Virus record (IMG/VR): IMGVR_UViG_3300014720_000030
Location: 1 to 64,000 of that record
Source: a virus
Direction: 5' to 3' (one strand)
DNA length: 64,000 bases
Part shown: one piece after another, positions 60,761-64,000 of the stretch
How positions within the stretch are numbered: position 1 is the first letter of the stretch
Layout of the letters: every line of letters starts with the position of its first letter
Notes under the pieces: model-generated
The model's input: only the letters and a program-made list of their open reading frames with translations
What the model was told of the DNA's origin: nothing
The model's database searches: none
Made by a program: the position numbers and the translations under genes

Positions 60761-61459
60761 TTAAAAAGGCAATTTTATAAAATCTGTTTGTTCATATTCT
60801 TTAAATTTTTCATCATATATTTGTTTAAGCGTTTTAACTACCCGCGTAATATTAGTTGTTTCTAAACCGGTTCGTTCTCGTATGTAGATGTACAATGCTT
60901 TTTTATTGAAATTTTCAATATTTTCTCGTGTTTCAAATATATGTAATACTGAATCTGCCACATGAATATCTGCAGAAGTTGAAAAAATATAATTTAAATT
61001 ATCATAACAATATGTAACATATGCATCCATAAATTCTTGCAGAGTCTCTAGCATATCTGCATTAGAAATTTCTATAATTACGTTGCGTTGTTCATCAACA
61101 TCGAGTTCAAGTGCATCGGATTTTAATTTTGTATAAGCTTTTTGATTTTCTGCAATCAAATAATTAAATGACGTGCGCGTATAATATGAATATGCTTTGC
61201 CCGCTGCTGGATTAAATTTGTCTAATCGGGCAGTTAAATATGTAACCAAATCGGTTTGCAAATCTTGAAATGAAGAATCAATATAATCAGGTTTGACTTT
61301 ATTGATAATATTTTCGGTAAGTTTCATGAATGCAGGATATATAAATCTGCGATATATTTTTTCACGAACAGCACCATCTGGACTTTTATTATATCCTGCA
61401 ATTGCTAGGTCTGTTATTTTAGTAAAATATGTTTTACTTGTTTTCTTGGCTCTCGGCAT
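60761..61459 (-). CDS. phage sigma factor (T4 gp55-like; start revised to MPRAKK)
   Basis: YFT near the N-terminus, KLTENII, LDKFNP..GKAYSYYTR.SFNYLI resembles gp55 region 2. Confidence 0.65.
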   Translation of the reverse strand: MPRAKKTSKTYFTKITDLAIAGYNKSPDGAVREKIYRRFIYPAFMKLTENIINKVKPDYIDSSFQDLQTDLVTYLTARLDKFNPAAGKAYSYYTRTSFNYLIAENQKAYTKLKSDALELDVDEQRNVIIEISNADMLETLQEFMDAYVTYCYDNLNYIFSTSADIHVADSVLHIFETRENIENFNKKALYIYIRERTGLETTNITRVVKTLKQIYDEKFKEYEQTDFIKLPF

Positions 61460-61751
61460 TGAATTCGTCCTTAAGTGTTTCAACTATTTCTTTTAACATA
61501 TCAAATGTAGTTCCCACTTCATCTTCTGCAGCAAATGCTCCACGCAAATCAACACGTTTCATGTTTTCATATGCATTAACAACTTTTGTGTACATGAATT
61601 GATTGGTTACTTCTAATGATTCAATATACTTGGTTACATCATCATCTTGTTCCTGTATATCTGCAACTGCTCCGGCTAGATACCATACCCGATATGCTAA
61701 ATATGCTGCTACCCCTAGTAGCATTATGTTTGTTATGATTAAAAATAACAT
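61434..61751 (-). CDS. small membrane-anchored protein
   Basis: N-terminal TM helix; D.RGAF..EDEVG..F motif. Confidence 0.65.
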   Translation of the reverse strand: MLFLIITNIMLLGVAAYLAYRVWYLAGAVADIQEQDDDVTKYIESLEVTNQFMYTKVVNAYENMKRVDLRGAFAAEDEVGTTFDMLKEIVETLKDEFNAESQENK

Positions 61752-61752
61752 G

Positions 61753-62529
61753 TTATTCCTCGTTAAATGCTTTGAATATATCCGTTAATGACTGTTCAAC
61801 ATCCGGATTATTCTCAGCTAGATTTTTTAAGCCCATTGATTTTTGAACACGACTTTTTTCTGCAACTGGTTTAGGAGATTCTTTGTCTTTATTTCTCCAA
61901 CGTTCAAATTCAATTTGTGCTGCCATATGATCTGCATGATGCAAAATGATAGGAAGATTTGTTTTCAATTTGGCTTGTGCTGAGCGAGCAACAAAATATG
62001 GTTTATTTGCCTCATCATACATTCCATCGTGAATCTTAATTGCTTGATATTCCGTCCAAGACATTTTAACATCATATTCTTGTAGCAACCAAATTGAAAG
62101 ATCCGGCACCATGGTAAACGGAATGTTTTCATTGTGACGATACATTTTGTTTTGATTTTTTCGATGCCAATCTGAAGTTTCTATTTGATATACTTCATTA
62201 CCTTCGCCCGGAAATCCTACTTTGCCCAAATCATGATGCATTGCAGCAAAGCGAAGTTCTTCAATAGTATAACCAGACATATCCGCACCCATCTCACGCC
62301 AAGATTCATAAAGTTTCTCAGCACAAGCAATAACTCGAAGTACATGATCTACATATCCTCCGGCAAATGCATTATGAAAATGCGCTATTGATGATGCTGG
62401 CATCATTGCCATGCGATCTTCAAATTCATCATACATTTTATTTAATTGATCTTTACGGGTAGGAAAATAAGTATTCACTAATTCGCGATACCGTTCCCAG
62501 TTTGATTTGATTTTTTCTGCTTGTAACAT
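61753..62529 (-). CDS. HD-domain phosphohydrolase
   Basis: H..F.GGYVDH, HHDLGK, IHDG, HHADH. Confidence 0.85.
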   Translation of the reverse strand: MLQAEKIKSNWERYRELVNTYFPTRKDQLNKMYDEFEDRMAMMPASSIAHFHNAFAGGYVDHVLRVIACAEKLYESWREMGADMSGYTIEELRFAAMHHDLGKVGFPGEGNEVYQIETSDWHRKNQNKMYRHNENIPFTMVPDLSIWLLQEYDVKMSWTEYQAIKIHDGMYDEANKPYFVARSAQAKLKTNLPIILHHADHMAAQIEFERWRNKDKESPKPVAEKSRVQKSMGLKNLAENNPDVEQSLTDIFKAFNEE

Positions 62530-62534
62530 AACTT

Positions 62535-62563
62535 ATTATATTGATTTATTTTCGTATTTCCAA
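62535..62563 (-). promoter_or_regulatory. sigma70-like promoter TTGGAA-N17-TATAAT
   Basis: 17-nt spacer; -10 box ends 5 nt before the ATG. Confidence 0.7.
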
Positions 62564-62713
62564 TTGTTGTCCATTGACAAGTTTTGATACACACTTATAA
62601 CATGTAATTGCTGTTGCATTTACATCGACTCGTTCGCAAATATCATCGCAATATTTGCATTGTAACTTTTTAAATCCTCTTGAAGTAGGACTACTTTTTG
62701 TATTTTTTTTCAC
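62546..62713 (-). CDS. 55-aa zinc-ribbon protein (CKYC...CYKC), GTG start
   Basis: Manual translation fills the gap between flanking genes; two CxxC pairs; below the ORF-track size cutoff. Confidence 0.7.
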   Translation of the reverse strand: MKKNTKSSPTSRGFKKLQCKYCDDICERVDVNATAITCYKCVSKLVNGQQLEIRK

Positions 62714-63698
62714 GTTCAATTTTAAATTTATTTCGGTATGACAATATTTCTGGATTAGGACTCGTTATTTTGGTATTGCTACTTTTGAGTGGCAATACAA
62801 TTTCATTGTCAGAAGCTTGAGTTGGGGCTTTAACCCTCTCGGCTTGACTCTCCTCAGTTGCTTCCGACTGCTCCGCCTGCAGAGATGATTCATCTTGTAG
62901 TTGGATGATTTTTTTATTATGTAAAATTTTATTTGCTGAAATGAGCAATATGATTGCTAAAGGATCAAATACCATTATAAGCATTAAAATCAGCCAATTA
63001 ACTACGGTATCCATGCTCTTGTTAGTAATCTTTGCAATGTATTTTAATGGACCTACTTCTGCTGCAACGGTAGATGTTGTTTGCAAATTAGTAATTTTAA
63101 GATCCATTGCTGATACCGAATCGGTCATTGCTAATTCTCGTTGCATTAGTTGTTGATTTCGTTGAACGGCTACATCCAGTTGTTTTTCATAAGCCTTTCT
63201 GTTACCAGCATCTGTTTTTATAATTTGATTGCCATTTCGATCTGTATATTGAATACGATTATTAGATAATGCAGTTGTTAGATTTTCTATGTTTGCATTA
63301 ACCGTTTGTTTTTCTTTGGTTATTTGATCCAATTGAATTTGAAATCGATCGCGCTTAGTTTTAACATTATCAATTATCAATTCAGAATTTTGTAAACGAT
63401 ATGATGTATCTTGATATGATGATGCTAAAAATCCATAGATGCCCAATGACGTAATTGCCATCAATATAACAACTGCTGTAGTTAAATAAATTTTCATTAA
63501 TCCGGAAATTGTATTCCAATAACGATGCAAGTATGATGCTGTTATAAGTTTTGAAATTTCTAAAGTCGATGCTAAAATAATTACGGCCGTTGCTTGTGAT
63601 GCAAATAATTTACTCAATCCGAATACGCTGTAATATGCAGCACTTGCAGCTAAACTAAATGCAGCTGCTAATACAATGTACGGAAATCGTTTTGCCAT
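62691..63698 (-). CDS. multi-TM membrane protein with long coiled coil
   Basis: Three N-terminal TM helices, coiled coil, EVGPLKY, FDPLAI TM helix. Confidence 0.75.
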   Translation of the reverse strand: MAKRFPYIVLAAAFSLAASAAYYSVFGLSKLFASQATAVIILASTLEISKLITASYLHRYWNTISGLMKIYLTTAVVILMAITSLGIYGFLASSYQDTSYRLQNSELIIDNVKTKRDRFQIQLDQITKEKQTVNANIENLTTALSNNRIQYTDRNGNQIIKTDAGNRKAYEKQLDVAVQRNQQLMQRELAMTDSVSAMDLKITNLQTTSTVAAEVGPLKYIAKITNKSMDTVVNWLILMLIMVFDPLAIILLISANKILHNKKIIQLQDESSLQAEQSEATEESQAERVKAPTQASDNEIVLPLKSSNTKITSPNPEILSYRNKFKIEREKKYKK

Positions 63699-63880
63699 TA
63701 CCCTCGGTCAATATAGTATTTTGCTGATTCTAATTTTTTTAATGCACGAGCCAAATTGTCAAGTGCAGAAGCTTTGTCAGTTTTGCCTTCGGTTAATGCT
63801 TTGCCTACTGCACGGATAATGTCATGTGCATCAGCAATATCATCAGTAATTTTAACTTTGTAGCGATAATCTGCTTTCAT
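63698..63880 (-). CDS. small hypothetical protein
   Basis: 60 aa; late box 63913-63921 upstream. Confidence 0.65.
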   Translation of the reverse strand: MKADYRYKVKITDDIADAHDIIRAVGKALTEGKTDKASALDNLARALKKLESAKYYIDRG

Positions 63881-63922
63881 AATAACCTTTATAATAAATT
63901 AATAATATTATATATAAATATC

Positions 63923-64000
63923 TTATTCTAAAATTAATTGAGTGTTTTGACAACATTCTACATTCAACGCAATCAATGATTGTTCTTTAGCCTTAGCCTC
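63923..64000 (-). CDS. 3' end of a gene entering from beyond the window (EAKAKEQSLIAL...), possibly UvsE/UvdE-like
   Basis: Open frame from the window edge to TAA; EAKAKE resembles the C-terminal motif of UV-damage endonucleases. Confidence 0.35.
   Translation of the reverse strand, partial: EAKAKEQSLIALNVECCQNTQLILE

Noticed and set aside
1-64000. Genome-wide TAG recoding (genetic code 15)
   Set aside because: Code-11 ORFs tile the window without fragmentation; only one internal TAG was seen, and TAG ends genes plausibly at 49964 and 62691
1-64000. tRNA or rRNA genes
   Set aside because: No cloverleaf or T-arm consensus in the few intergenic gaps large enough to hold one

Overview
A 64-kb, AT-rich segment of a large T4-like contractile-tailed (myo)phage genome. 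Essentially all genes lie on the minus strand. It carries the head module (terminase, portal, prohead protease, scaffold, major capsid protein), neck and tail terminator, fibre-like proteins, sheath, tube, tail chaperone, tape measure and baseplate genes. It also carries replication/recombination genes (compact family-A DNA polymerase, primase, fused Mre11-Rad50/SbcDC, T7 endonuclease I-like resolvase), a gp55-like sigma factor, PhoH, ribosomal protein bS21, a free-standing GIY-YIG homing endonuclease, a small kinase and a nucleotidyltransferase/ligase-like fusion. bS21 among the head genes suggests the known aquatic bS21-encoding phages, probably of Bacteroidota (inference). The most interesting signals read from the sequence are: (1) a two-tier expression architecture, with five TTGGAW-N17-TATWAT promoters (three giving near-leaderless mRNAs, one driving the bS21 unit) versus about 21 intergenic ATATTTAT(A/T) boxes, the reverse complement of the T4 late promoter, in front of mostly Shine-Dalgarno-led structural genes; (2) a strong [ST]-[GA]-S sequon bias confined to outer virion proteins; (3) a set of probably capsid-packaged enzymes with (I/L)xE cleavage leaders; (4) a +1/-2 tail-chaperone frameshift; (5) a single in-frame UAG splitting the DNA polymerase; (6) several candidate structured RNAs. 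All functional calls come from motif recognition and gene order; no database searches were run.
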